From assembly GCA_012514175.1 (NCBI GenBank), contig JAAZAU010000009.1, forward strand, positions 32,283 to 96,282: DNA of 64,000 nucleotides, read 5' to 3'. Under the pieces are notes generated by a model. The model made no database searches. It worked only from the letters and a program-made list of their open reading frames with translations, and was not told where the DNA came from. The stretch is from Parcubacteria group bacterium (GTDB lineage Bacteria > Patescibacteriota > Minisyncoccia > Phycocordibacterales > WO2-35-19). The position numbers and the translations under genes were made by a program. Shown here piece after piece: positions 48,248 through 58,390 of the stretch (within the stretch, counting starts at the first letter, position 1; every line of letters starts with the position of its first letter).

Positions 48248-50399
48248 CTGTTACAAAACCACCTTCGGGCTTCACAAGAATTTCTCTTGGTTTAGCACCA
48301 TCACCTGGTCCGATAATTTCGCGCTCCTCCAACATATCCATAAGTCTGGCTGCTCTAGCGTAGCCGATACGCAATTTTCTTTGAAGATATGATGTAGAGG
48401 CTTTACCGTCTCTTATTACCGTCTCTCTAGCTTCTTCATAAAGAACGTCTTCATCTTCACTGCTGTCAACCATTGATTCAAAGATGTTATTTTTACTGTT
48501 CTCGGTTGTTATATCTATTTCGGTCGGTAGTTCATCTTCGTAATTCTTTATAAGATATTCTACCACTTTTTTTACTTCGTTTTCTGATATAAAAGGGGAT
48601 TGTAGTCTGATAGGTTTAGACATTTCGCCAGACATATAAAGCATATCTCCAGCCCCCAAAAGCTTTTCAGCTCCCGCGGTATCTAATATGGTTCGGGAAT
48701 CAAATTGAGAAGCTACTTGAAGAGCGATACGAGCGGGGATATTGGCTTTGATAAGACCGGTTATAACATTAACCGACGGTCTTTGGGTGGAAAGTATAAG
48801 ATGAATACCCACAGCGCGACTCATTTGAGCAAGGCGAATGATTGCTGCTTCAAGTTCTCTTGGGTAAGCTTGCATAATATCCGCCAATTCATCCACAATG
48901 ACGACTATATAAGGCATAGTTTCAGGCATTTCCTCTTTTTCATCTGAAGAAGGATTCTTTTTGGCTTTCTCCAAAGCAGGCAAGAGGATATTTTTATGGT
49001 AAGACTCTATATCTCTAACTCTATTTTTTTCCAAGACGTCATATCTACGATCCATTTCTTTAGCTGCCCACTTGAGGGACATTATGACTTTTTTAGCATC
49101 AGTGATAACTGGGGTTAAAAGGTGGGGGATTCTGTTGTATTGGGTGAGCTCAACTCGCTTTGGGTCTATCATAATGAATTTTAGATTTTCTGGAGAATTA
49201 CGGAAGAGTAGGGAGTTTATGAGAACGTGAATAGTTACCGATTTACCACTACCAGTAGCACCAGCGATAAGAAGGTGAGGCATCTTAGCAAGATTAGCAA
49301 AAACAGAAGTTCCCGAAATACTTTTACCAAGAGCGACATTTAAAGGCTTTTCTGAATTAGTGTAACCGCTTTGGGAAAGAAGAGAACCGAGACCAACTAC
49401 GGTTTTGGTAGAATTGGGTATTTCAATGCCGACCAGTGATTTACCTGGTATCGGTGCTTCTATACGGACTGGATGGGCTGCTAAAGCTAATTCTAAATTG
49501 TTCTGAAGACCAAGTATTTTTGAAAGCCTGACTCCTTCAGCGGGTTTGAGCGCGTATCTGGTTACTGAGGGACCGATTGACACTTCGTCCATATCTACGA
49601 CGATACCAAAGTTTTGCAGAGTTCTTTTAATGATGTTGGAGTTGGCTTTGATATCTCCAACTTCAGGTCTGCCTCTATCTTTTTCCAAAAGTGAAAGCGG
49701 GGGTGGATTGAAAGGTTTAGATAAAATATTAGTTTTGATCTTAAACTCATCATATTCTTCTGTAGTTGGCTTTTTGATGATAGGAGTAGTGGTTGGGGTT
49801 GCTTTAATTTCTTTTTGAGTATCGTTGCTGTCTATTATAGTTACTTCTTTTTCTGAAATTTCTTCCTCGTCTTTTTCCTCCCCATCTTTCTTTCTTCGGA
49901 ATATATTTGTCAGTGAAGAGAAGTTTATTGCTGTGTCAAAAATGATAAGTATGCTAATGATTATGAGTGCTCCCAAAATAACAGGAGTTCCATAACCAAA
50001 TAATTTCATTAAAGGTTTTTGTATGAAGTGACCGACCTGACCACCTTTTTCAGGGAAAGCTAAATCTAATAAAGCGAGAGAGGCAAGAAAGAAAAGACCA
50101 GACCCAACAGCTCTGGTAGTCTCAAACGGGTGCTTGATTGATTTAGCAAAGGATATAGAAAGTAGCAGTGAAAGTATAGGTAGCAATATGTAACCCCAAC
50201 CAAAAAACTTTTCTAATACTCTGTAGACCGCGTTTACTCCTCCAGCCATTTCAAAACGAGCTAAAAGCAAAATAACGAAAAAAGCAAAAAAAATTATCGC
50301 AAATATCCAAGAAGTGGTTTCATCTTTTAATCTTTTTATTTTCGTTTGTTCACCTTTTTTTTCTTTTTGGTTTTCTTTCTTGTTGTTCTTTTTGGCCAT
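48225..50399 (-). CDS. ftsK: DNA translocase FtsK
   Basis: N-terminal TM helices, a linker, Walker A GATGSGKSV, and a C-terminal gamma (winged-helix) domain. Confidence 0.9.
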   Translation of the reverse strand: MAKKNNKKENQKEKKGEQTKIKRLKDETTSWIFAIIFFAFFVILLLARFEMAGGVNAVYRVLEKFFGWGYILLPILSLLLSISFAKSIKHPFETTRAVGSGLFFLASLALLDLAFPEKGGQVGHFIQKPLMKLFGYGTPVILGALIIISILIIFDTAINFSSLTNIFRRKKDGEEKDEEEISEKEVTIIDSNDTQKEIKATPTTTPIIKKPTTEEYDEFKIKTNILSKPFNPPPLSLLEKDRGRPEVGDIKANSNIIKRTLQNFGIVVDMDEVSIGPSVTRYALKPAEGVRLSKILGLQNNLELALAAHPVRIEAPIPGKSLVGIEIPNSTKTVVGLGSLLSQSGYTNSEKPLNVALGKSISGTSVFANLAKMPHLLIAGATGSGKSVTIHVLINSLLFRNSPENLKFIMIDPKRVELTQYNRIPHLLTPVITDAKKVIMSLKWAAKEMDRRYDVLEKNRVRDIESYHKNILLPALEKAKKNPSSDEKEEMPETMPYIVVIVDELADIMQAYPRELEAAIIRLAQMSRAVGIHLILSTQRPSVNVITGLIKANIPARIALQVASQFDSRTILDTAGAEKLLGAGDMLYMSGEMSKPIRLQSPFISENEVKKVVEYLIKNYEDELPTEIDITTENSKNNIFESMVDSSEDEDVLYEEARETVIRDGKASTSYLQRKLRIGYARAARLMDMLEEREIIGPGDGAKPREILVKPEGGFVTDEEDGSI

Positions 50400-50534
50400 A
50401 GCTAAATAATATCACATCTAGTTTTTCAAAAATTGATTGAACGGTGGATTTTGAAAAAACCAGCTCCGAAAAAAGGGATTGACTTATTGTAAAAGACAGA
50501 ATATTCTTCTTATAAAGACATCAAAAATTGTGCT

Positions 50535-50568
50535 TGACTATAAAAGTCAAATAGTGTATAATATAAGA
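50535..50568 (+). promoter_or_regulatory. Consensus sigma70-like promoter (TTGACT-17-TATAAT)
   Basis: cTTGACTataaaagtcaaatagtgTATAATat. Confidence 0.6.
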
Positions 50569-50592
50569 GACAGAAGGAATATATGGGACAAA

Positions 50593-51348
50593 ATGTGTCT
50601 TAAATATTTATGTCCCTTAGATTTTAAATTAAACATAGCTATGCAAAAAAACGTTGAATTTACAGATATTTACAACAAAGCTTACAAGTTGTCGGCGGCT
50701 GTTTTTGTTGTCTCTAATATCATAAATGAGAACGAAGAATTAAAGACCAGGATAAAAAGTCTGTCTTTAAATCTTGTCTCTATGGCTATTAATTTAAAAG
50801 ACACAAATTTTGTTGATACAAAAAAAATAATAAAAGAGATTGAAAAGGTTGCTTTGGAACTTATGTCTATGCTTGATATTGCCAGGGTCTCTGAACTTAT
50901 CTCTGAAATGAATGGTTCAATTATTAAAAAAGAATTCCAATCTTTCATTGGTGAACTTGGTAAATATATAGAAAAATTTGAGACAGATAAAAGTGTTTTT
51001 GTTGATGATATGTTTACTGAACCTTTGGCAATTGAAGCAACCAAACACCTGGATCGTCATAATGTTACAGATGGTCCTGGTGTTGTAAAACCAACATCTT
51101 TGCACTCAAAAAATCAAGAGTCCATTAAATCAAATAATGGAAATGGATATAAAAGAAAAGACTTAAGGAAAAATATGATATTAGACTTTATAAAGGGACA
51201 AAACAACGAGGTTAGCATAAAAGACATTGCTTTAAGCGTAACTGATTGTAGTGAGAAAACTATCCAAAGAGAGCTTATTGCGCTTATAAAAGAAGGAAAA
51301 ATAAAAAAGACAGGGGAGAGAAGGTGGAGTAAATATTCAGTGGTGTAA
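50593..51348 (+). CDS. Hypothetical protein with C-terminal winged-helix DNA-binding domain
   Basis: The ORF-track start (50479) lies upstream of the promoter. The first in-frame ATG after the predicted TSS is 50593 (alternative 50644). The C-terminus SIKDIALSVTDCSEKTIQRELIALIKEGKIKKTGERRWSKY is wHTH-like. Confidence 0.5.
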   Translation: MCLKYLCPLDFKLNIAMQKNVEFTDIYNKAYKLSAAVFVVSNIINENEELKTRIKSLSLNLVSMAINLKDTNFVDTKKIIKEIEKVALELMSMLDIARVSELISEMNGSIIKKEFQSFIGELGKYIEKFETDKSVFVDDMFTEPLAIEATKHLDRHNVTDGPGVVKPTSLHSKNQESIKSNNGNGYKRKDLRKNMILDFIKGQNNEVSIKDIALSVTDCSEKTIQRELIALIKEGKIKKTGERRWSKYSVV

Positions 51349-51661
51349 ATTAGCACTCCTCTTTTTTTAGAGAAACAAGTATTGTAATTGACGTTAAATC
51401 TATAATATGCAATACTTAATGTAGTATCGTCTTATCCACATATTGTCTTTTGCAAGAGCTGGATTTGGCGGTAAAATCTTTATGTTACTAAGACTATGGT
51501 TTCTTGTCGATTACAGAAACCGTAGATTTAGTTAAATAATATTTATTAGTCGATTTAGTTTATTAGTGAGTAAGTCTGCGAATTCTGAAAATTTATTAGT
51601 CTCAGAGTTTAAAGATTTACTTGATAACCTTCTGGATACTTCTCAAAAATTTTAATAAGTA

Positions 51662-53572
51662 ATGAAGTTTTCAGTGGGATTCAAAATTATGAAATTAAAA
51701 AACAAATTGTTCGCAAGCGCTGTAGCTTTCACAATGGTGTTGAGCTTGGTTGCAGTTCCTGCTTCCGCTCAAACTACTGCTGAACTTACAGCTCAGATCA
51801 ATAGCTTGCTTGCTATGATCGCTCAGCTTCAAGCACAAATCGCTAGTATTACTACTGGTGGTTATGCTGCTACAACCTTTACTAAAGACTTGACCGTTGG
51901 TTCTACCGGTGCAGAAGTATCTGCCCTTCAACAGTTCTTGGTCTCCAAAGGTTTCCTCACTATGCCAGCTGGCGTAGCTTACGGTTACTTTGGTTCTTTG
52001 ACTAAGGCTGCTTTGGCTGGATACCAAGCTTCAGTTGGTATTGCTCCAGCTGCTGGTTACTTCGGTCCTATCACCAGAGCTCACCTTAACGCTTTGACAC
52101 CTACTACTACTCCTGGTAGCACCACTGTTGGCGCTATCACCACTCCAGGTGTTGAAGGCACCCTTTCAGTAAGTTCAAACAACTCTGGTTTGGTCTCAAC
52201 CATCTATGAAGGTGATGAGAACGTAGCTATCTTGGGCTTCAATGTTGAAGCTAAAAACTCTGACATTGCTGTTCAAAGAGTTAAGTTAGATTTGGGTGAT
52301 ACCACTCAGATTTACAACAAGATTTATTCTAAGATTTACGTCACTGATGGTTCCAACGTTTTGGCTTCATCTGACTTAAATTCTTCTACTGTTGTGAAAG
52401 ATAATGGTAGATACTACATTACTTTGACCGGTTTCAACTTTGTTGTCTCAAAAGATGCTAAAAAACAAGTTGTTATCAAGGCTGATGTAATGCCTACTAT
52501 TGACTCAACACTCATTAGCCAAACTTACACTGTAAGATTGGCCGAAAACGGAGTAAGAGGTGTTGACGGTGCTGGTATTGATCAATACGCCGGAGGAACT
52601 TCTATAACTAAGAGTGTTACTACAGCTAAGAGTTTAACTGACAGTGCTGCTTTGAAGATGTCTTTGAATAATTCATCTCCAAAGAAATCTGAAGTAGTGG
52701 CTTCTGAAGGTTCAAACAACAATGAACTTGATAAGCTTTCAGTTTTGGTTTTTGATGTCAAGGCTGAAAAAGACAATGTCACTCTTAATGATTTGAAAGT
52801 CAATTTTGTTGTGGCTGGCGGTAATGCAGATGTTTCTACTGTTTACCTCTATGAAGGTTCTACTGAATTGGACAACGCTTCTCTCAATGGTAACGTTGCT
52901 TCCTTTACTGGACTTGATTACAACATCTCCAAAGATGCAACTAAAACCCTTACTGTTAAGGTTGATGTAAGGAATGCTGGAGAGGCTGTTACTACAATTA
53001 CCGCTTCTTCTTCTGCTTCTGATCTTGTCGCTGAAAACAGTGTTGGTGATACAGTTGCAAGGAGTGGTTCTGCTAATGGTTATGATATTAGTGTCAGAAG
53101 CGCTGGTCTTGAAATCGCTTTGGTCTCAAGAAGCATTACCACCAATGGCGTAACTCAAGCTAGCGATGCTACCTCCACCTTAACTGCAACCTTCAACGTT
53201 AGAGTTAAGGCTCTTGGTGATGATATCACTTTGGGTACTGTTGCTTCTTCTACCCCAATGTTCAACAACACAAACAGCTTTGCTGTATATAAGAATGGTG
53301 TTGCATGTGATCACGGATCAACTGTGGCAGTTTCTTACACTCTTCCTTCAAGTTGTACTCCTTCTGAAGCCAACAATTGTGTTTTGGCTGAAGGCAATGA
53401 GATTACCTTCCCAGTTACCTTCCAAATTTATGGAAGACAGGCTAATGGTACAGCTCTTACTTCCGGTATCTACTCTGTAGGCATTGCTCAAGTCCAATGG
53501 GGTTATAATAAATCATCAACCTTCATGGCTGGTGAAATTGATTGGAGCACTTCTGAAGTTAGCTTCCCGTAA
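51662..53572 (+). CDS. Secreted cell-surface protein with N-terminal peptidoglycan-binding (PG_binding_1-like) domain and large T/S/V-rich beta-rich region
   Basis: Signal peptide, then STGAEVSALQQFLVSKGFL...GYFGSLTKAALAGYQ...GYFGPITRAHL (PGBD repeats). GC content is higher than neighbours. Confidence 0.6.
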   Translation: MKFSVGFKIMKLKNKLFASAVAFTMVLSLVAVPASAQTTAELTAQINSLLAMIAQLQAQIASITTGGYAATTFTKDLTVGSTGAEVSALQQFLVSKGFLTMPAGVAYGYFGSLTKAALAGYQASVGIAPAAGYFGPITRAHLNALTPTTTPGSTTVGAITTPGVEGTLSVSSNNSGLVSTIYEGDENVAILGFNVEAKNSDIAVQRVKLDLGDTTQIYNKIYSKIYVTDGSNVLASSDLNSSTVVKDNGRYYITLTGFNFVVSKDAKKQVVIKADVMPTIDSTLISQTYTVRLAENGVRGVDGAGIDQYAGGTSITKSVTTAKSLTDSAALKMSLNNSSPKKSEVVASEGSNNNELDKLSVLVFDVKAEKDNVTLNDLKVNFVVAGGNADVSTVYLYEGSTELDNASLNGNVASFTGLDYNISKDATKTLTVKVDVRNAGEAVTTITASSSASDLVAENSVGDTVARSGSANGYDISVRSAGLEIALVSRSITTNGVTQASDATSTLTATFNVRVKALGDDITLGTVASSTPMFNNTNSFAVYKNGVACDHGSTVAVSYTLPSSCTPSEANNCVLAEGNEITFPVTFQIYGRQANGTALTSGIYSVGIAQVQWGYNKSSTFMAGEIDWSTSEVSFP

Positions 53573-53597
53573 TTCTAAAAATTTAAGAGCACTTGTG

Positions 53598-53648
53598 TCC
53601 GCCTTAGCGGAGCTCACAAAAAACCACCTCCCGGTGGTTTTTTGTTGG
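53598..53648 (+). terminator. Rho-independent terminator (tandem hairpins + T-run)
   Basis: CCGCcttaGCGG and AACCACCtcccGGTGGTT followed by TTTTTT. Confidence 0.6.
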
Positions 53649-53998
53649 GCGCTTTTTATTTTCTTGCTCTAATTGGGGTTTTGTAATTTATGATCCCAAC
53701 CATTCTTTAATTTAAGTTATACACAAATTATTAACAGGTTATTCCCAAAAACAATATTATAATGAGAAGGAGTTTGTTTGGGGTGTTTATTTATTGTTTA
53801 TAACAACAATCAAACCAAATTAAGTAAAATCAATAAATCTTAACAATCTGTGTATGCGTTATTTCAGTAAAACATTTTTCAAATTCGCTTTGGGTTTTTT
53901 GTGTATTGTTTGTGCCAGTCTTTTGATGATAAGTTTAGCGTCAAATTTTATAAGTGAGGATACCGATAAAATGCAAGCGGCTTCCCTGAAATGATTTT

Positions 53999-55315
53999 AT
54001 GAAAAAAATATTTAGAAAACTTCTTTTATCTTTGGCTTTGTTTTTGGTTTTTCCCACCGTTTCTTTTGCGGAAATTTCTCAAATTGTATTTATAACCGAA
54101 TCTCAAGAAATAAAACCCAACGAAATTTCTGAAGCTCTTACTTTTCAACTTCAAGATATAACTGGTAGTCCTTTTAAAACCCCAGAAACTTTAGATATAC
54201 AATTTATTTCCTCATCGCAAACTGGTCAGTTTTTGAATAATTCTGGTAATCCTGCCACGACTTATATGAGCAAAAACACTGCCAATAAAACTTTTTATTA
54301 TAAAGACTCCAGTGAAGGTGAGTTTATTATCACGGTTAATGTTAGAGGTAGAGATACTGGGATAGAGTTGGGTGCTAGTCAGCAGATTAAAGTTTCTTCT
54401 AACGCCACCTCTAATTCTTCTGGTGAAGTTTTGGGTGATTCTACCGTTACTCTTAGTTTAAGTAGTGGTAGTGCCAGTGTCTCAGGTGGAAGCACAAATC
54501 AAGCCTCTTCTTTTCTGAGCACTTCTTTAGACATCTCAGCCGGAAGCGACAGAGTGACTTCTCCTGGTAGCCCCATTTGGTTTCAAGCTAGTAGTAAGAA
54601 AAATATTTCTTCATCGGGGCTTGAATTAAGTTGGTCGTTTGGAGATGGTTTTGTGGGCTCTGGTCCCACAGTGAGTCATACCTACAAATATCCGGGGGAT
54701 TATGTGGTGGTTTTAACAGCTAGAATGGGGGATATTTTTTCAGTGAGTCGGTTGAAAGTGAAGGTGTTTGAGCCAAACATTGTTGCAGTAGACAAGGGAG
54801 AATATTTGGAAATAATAAATAACAGCAACTCAGAAATAAATTTGTTTAATTGGAAAATTGAAAATGAGGGAAAGGGTTTTGTTTTCCAACCTAACACAAT
54901 CATTTTGCCACGAGCTACTTTGAAATTAGATAAAAGTTTGTTAACTATGAAAGGCACTGACAACAGTTTGGGGCTTTCTATAAAAAATAGTTTAAAAAAA
55001 GAAGTTTTTGCTGTTGCTCCAACAAAACAAACCGATCTTCAAAAGATTTCTGGAGATCTTAAGGTTGTGGAAAAAGAATTTTCTATTATAAAAGAAAAAG
55101 CTAAAAATCTAGGACTAACTGGTGTGGGTGCATTTAATTTTGCCAATGTTCAAGCTCAAAATTATCCCGTTTCAATTTCTGAAAATAATTCTAACGAGGT
55201 TAAGCTGACTGAAGCTACTAGTAGTTCTATTTCTAATAATATTATTTACGAAGCACCAAAAAAAGAAAGTTTTTTCAAACGCACCTGGAGTTTTTTAACC
55301 GGTCTTTTTGATTAA
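53999..55315 (+). CDS. Secreted protein with PKD-like and lamin-tail (LTD) domains
   Basis: Signal peptide. PKD signature WSFGDGFVGSGPTVSHTYKYPGDYVVVLTA. LTD block EYLEIINNSNSEINLFNWKIEN. Confidence 0.55.
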   Translation: MKKIFRKLLLSLALFLVFPTVSFAEISQIVFITESQEIKPNEISEALTFQLQDITGSPFKTPETLDIQFISSSQTGQFLNNSGNPATTYMSKNTANKTFYYKDSSEGEFIITVNVRGRDTGIELGASQQIKVSSNATSNSSGEVLGDSTVTLSLSSGSASVSGGSTNQASSFLSTSLDISAGSDRVTSPGSPIWFQASSKKNISSSGLELSWSFGDGFVGSGPTVSHTYKYPGDYVVVLTARMGDIFSVSRLKVKVFEPNIVAVDKGEYLEIINNSNSEINLFNWKIENEGKGFVFQPNTIILPRATLKLDKSLLTMKGTDNSLGLSIKNSLKKEVFAVAPTKQTDLQKISGDLKVVEKEFSIIKEKAKNLGLTGVGAFNFANVQAQNYPVSISENNSNEVKLTEATSSSISNNIIYEAPKKESFFKRTWSFLTGLFD

Positions 55316-55368
55316 GTTCTGAAGGAGTTTTTATTATATAATTAAATTATTAAAATTAATTAAAAAAT

Positions 55369-55599
55369 ATGGAGGGATTAAATAAAGGAGACAATAATAC
55401 AATGGAAGGAATGGATAAAAACGTGATAGCTTTTCGTATTGAAACTCTCAGAGAAAGTTTAATGTCTGTAGAAAACCAAATTGAAAGAGCTTTAAATGAA
55501 AATCCGGCAAGAGTGAGGAGTTTGGAAACTGAAAAAGCTCGTTTAGAAAAAGAACTCTCGGAATTAGAAGAGGCGTTAGAAGATATTGACCAAATTTAG
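55369..55599 (+). CDS. Small coiled-coil protein (76 aa)
   Basis: ORF with a heptad-like ERALNENPARVRSLETEKARLEKELSELEEALEDI segment. Confidence 0.35.
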   Translation: MEGLNKGDNNTMEGMDKNVIAFRIETLRESLMSVENQIERALNENPARVRSLETEKARLEKELSELEEALEDIDQI

Positions 55600-55860
55600 A
55601 ATTTAGTTTACTATATCCACAACGGCTTCGGAGACCATGGGTTGAAGACTTTAAAGTTTTTAAAGAACTTCTATAAATCCTGTGTTAGGAGTTTATAACT
55701 CATTTCTTGCCCAGCCGAAGTTTTGGCGGGGGCCGTTTGGTCGATTTAATTTCCTCCTTTTTTATGAGAAGGGATTGGGGTTGTGAAATTAAAAAACAAC
55801 TCATCCTCAACCTTTTCTAGTTTTAAGAATAAAAAAGAGATTGGGAAAAACATTAATAAA
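55600..55860 (+). promoter_or_regulatory. Structured leader upstream of rplJ (possible L10 autoregulatory leader)
   Basis: ~250-nt GC-enriched untranslated region with several paired segments (GGCTTCGGAGACC, CCAGCCGAAG...GGCGGGGGCC) directly upstream of rplJ. Identity not verified. Confidence 0.2.
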
Positions 55861-55873
55861 TTATGTCAATATA

Positions 55874-56362
55874 ATGGCAATAACAAAAGAAAAGAAAAAA
55901 GAGATACTTGCTCGCTTGAACGATATCATTACCAAATCTAAATCAATAGTTTTTGTTAATTTCAACAAGCTTTCAGTAAAAGATGCTTCCGAAATAAGAA
56001 GAGCTTTGAGAAGTGAAAACGTTGGTTATTTAGTTGCTAAAAAAAGTCTCTTAAGAAAAACTCTTGAATCTATTGGTATCAAAGGTGAAGCTCCTGCATT
56101 GGAAGGGGAATTAGCTATAACTTTTGGAGAAGACTTGCTTTCGCCGGCTAGAGGTATTTATGATTTCCAAAAGAAACTTGAAGGCAAAGTATCTATTTTG
56201 GGCGGTATTTTTGAAGGTGAATTTAAATCTAAAGATGAAATGGTGAGTATTGCTTCCATACCTTCTATGGATGTGTTGCGAGGAATGTTTGTTAACATTA
56301 TCAATTCACCAATACAAAGATTCGCCGTGGCTCTTGGTCAAATAGCTGAAAAGAAAAATTAA
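55874..56362 (+). CDS. rplJ: 50S ribosomal protein L10
   Basis: MAITKEKKKEILARLNDII...VFVNFNKLSVKDASEIRRAL matches the L10 family. Followed by rplL. Confidence 0.8.
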   Translation: MAITKEKKKEILARLNDIITKSKSIVFVNFNKLSVKDASEIRRALRSENVGYLVAKKSLLRKTLESIGIKGEAPALEGELAITFGEDLLSPARGIYDFQKKLEGKVSILGGIFEGEFKSKDEMVSIASIPSMDVLRGMFVNIINSPIQRFAVALGQIAEKKN

Positions 56363-56398
56363 TAGTAATTTGAAAATTGTAAATTAATTAAAAATATT

Positions 56399-56803
56399 AT
56401 GTCAGAAGAAACAAAAGTTGAGGCAGTAGAAGTGCCTGCAAAGTTCGCTAAAATAGTTGAAGAAATAGAAAAGATGTCTGTTTTAGAGCTGAATGAATTA
56501 GTAAAAATATTTGAGAATAAGTTTGGTGTTTCAGCAACCGCGGTTGCTGCCGGTCCTGCAGTCTCTGCTACCGGTTCTGCTACTGAAGAAAGCTCAACTT
56601 ACAACGTAGAGTTAACTGATGGTGGCGCTCAAAAGATTGCCGTCATTAAAATTATCAAAGAAGCTTTGGCTTTGGGCCTCAAAGACGCTAAAGACAAAGT
56701 TGATGCTGCCCCAGTTATGCTTATGGAAAATATGAAGAAGGAAGAGGCTGAGGCTCTCAAAAAACAAATTGAAGAAGCAGGAGGTAAAGTAACATTTAAA
56801 TAA
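56399..56803 (+). CDS. rplL: 50S ribosomal protein L7/L12
   Basis: N-terminal dimerisation region, an Ala/Gly hinge, and a C-terminal KIAVIKIIKEALALGLKDAKDKVD...GGKVTFK. Confidence 0.9.
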   Translation: MSEETKVEAVEVPAKFAKIVEEIEKMSVLELNELVKIFENKFGVSATAVAAGPAVSATGSATEESSTYNVELTDGGAQKIAVIKIIKEALALGLKDAKDKVDAAPVMLMENMKKEEAEALKKQIEEAGGKVTFK

Positions 56804-56851
56804 AGTTGGATTTACTTCTTATTTGACGAAATAACTTAGAAAATTATCAAA

Positions 56852-56878
56852 AAAGCTCCTAAAAAGGAGCTTTTTTGA
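56852..56878 (+). terminator. Rho-independent terminator after rplL
   Basis: AGCTCCTaaaaaGGAGCT + TTTTTT. Confidence 0.65.
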
Positions 56879-56912
56879 TTTATTTTAAGGAATTGTATAA
56901 AATGGCTTCAAT

Positions 56913-57530
56913 ATGGATATCTTAGAAAAACTTTTCGGAAGTGCGGCAAAAGTCAAAATTATCAAACTGTTTCTCTTTAATCCTGACGACGCTTTTGATG
57001 TTGCTCAGACAGCAGAAAGATCTAAAGTTTCTATTGGAGTAGCAAGAAAGGAAATATCAGACTTAGAAAAGATAGGTTTTCTGAAACCTAAAACTTACAC
57101 CAAAGAAATTAAAAAACAAAAAAACCGAACAATTGTATTGTCGCGAAAAAGAGTTAATGGTTGGACTCTGGATAGAAAGTTTCCTTATGTGGAAGATATT
57201 ACCTCTTTCCTTTCAAATATAAATCCTTTCAAGCATAAAGATATTATTGATAAGATTTCTCGAGCAGGTAAAATTAAACTTCTCATTATTGCTGGTGTTT
57301 TCATAAAAGATCCAGATAGCAGGATAGATTTGTTAGTGGTAGGGGATGAGCTCAAAAATACACAACTTGATAATATAATAAAAATTATTGAATCTGAGAT
57401 TGGTAAAGAAATTCGTTACGCGGTTTTTGAAACTAAGGAATTTAATTATCGTCTTTCAATGTTTGACAAGCTAATTCGCGATCTTTTGGATTATCCCCAT
57501 GAAAAAATTATCAATAAATTGGGGCTATAA
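56913..57530 (+). CDS. Hypothetical protein with N-terminal winged-helix-like and C-terminal nucleotidyltransferase-like region
   Basis: 205 aa. ..KLLIIAGVFIKDPDSRIDLLVVGDE is weakly reminiscent of a minimal nucleotidyltransferase fold. Low certainty. Confidence 0.4.
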   Translation: MDILEKLFGSAAKVKIIKLFLFNPDDAFDVAQTAERSKVSIGVARKEISDLEKIGFLKPKTYTKEIKKQKNRTIVLSRKRVNGWTLDRKFPYVEDITSFLSNINPFKHKDIIDKISRAGKIKLLIIAGVFIKDPDSRIDLLVVGDELKNTQLDNIIKIIESEIGKEIRYAVFETKEFNYRLSMFDKLIRDLLDYPHEKIINKLGL

Positions 57531-57621
57531 TTTGCCTTGACTATCCACAAAAAGTATTGATAACTTATGTAAATATGTTATATTTTAGATGTAATTATTA
57601 ATTAATATTAATTAAAATCTT

Positions 57622-58308
57622 ATGGTAATAAGCACTTGGGGTGAGATTATCTCCTTATCTTTCAAGAACCTTTGGGTGGGGGTGATTGGTTTTATACCAA
57701 ACCTTGTAGCCGCTTTAATTTTGGTGCTCTTAGGTTGGGGTATTGGAGTTTTGTTTGGTAAAGTAGTCGCTCAAATTATAAAATCTATAAAGATAGATGA
57801 AGCTTTGACTCGCGCCGGGGTTGAGAGTTTTTTGAATAGAGGTGGTATAAATCTCAATTCTGGAAAATTTTTGGGAGGCTTGGTTCGTTGGTTTTTCATT
57901 TTAGTCTTTTTGATTGGAGCTCTTGATGTTTTGCATCTTTCACAAGTTACACTGTTTCTTAAAGACATCTTGAATTATTTGCCTAGAGTTATTGTGGCTG
58001 TTCTTATACTTATAGCAGCTGGTTTGGTTGCTGATGCTATGAGAAAATTGGTTTTGTCTTCAGCAATGTCTGCTAATATTTCTTCAGCACCATTTTTAGC
58101 TACTGTTACTAAATGGACCATCTGGATCTTTGCTATTTTAGTCGCACTTTCTCAACTTGGTATCGCGGCGGGATTTATTCAAACCATTTTTACTGGTTTA
58201 GTGGTTGCTCTTTCTTTGGGTCTTGGTTTGGCTTTCGGTCTTGGTGGGCAAGAAGCGGCTTCCAGAACCATTGAAAAAATTGGTAAAGAAATATCTGGCA
58301 AAAAGTAA
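57622..58308 (+). CDS. Membrane protein of the conserved 'TM helix' repeat family
   Basis: Four to five TM segments with repeated GxxxG-rich helices. 228 aa. Confidence 0.5.
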   Translation: MVISTWGEIISLSFKNLWVGVIGFIPNLVAALILVLLGWGIGVLFGKVVAQIIKSIKIDEALTRAGVESFLNRGGINLNSGKFLGGLVRWFFILVFLIGALDVLHLSQVTLFLKDILNYLPRVIVAVLILIAAGLVADAMRKLVLSSAMSANISSAPFLATVTKWTIWIFAILVALSQLGIAAGFIQTIFTGLVVALSLGLGLAFGLGGQEAASRTIEKIGKEISGKK

Positions 58309-58334
58309 AAATAAATTATTGAAAACCTAAACAA

Positions 58335-58359
58335 AAAGCTCCTTTTTAGGAGCTTTTTG
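58335..58359 (+). terminator. Rho-independent terminator
   Basis: AAAGCTCCtttttAGGAGCTTT + TTT. Confidence 0.6.
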
Positions 58360-58362
58360 TTG

Positions 58363-58390
58363 TTGACAGTTTTTTGTGAACGTGTATACT
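58363..58390 (+). promoter_or_regulatory. sigma70-like promoter (TTGACA-16-TATACT) upstream of 23S-5S unit
   Basis: TTGACA at 58363-58368 and TATACT at 58385-58390. A possible internal hairpin terminator at ~58458-58488 and a second weaker promoter-like TTGACA at ~58518 follow. Confidence 0.45.
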
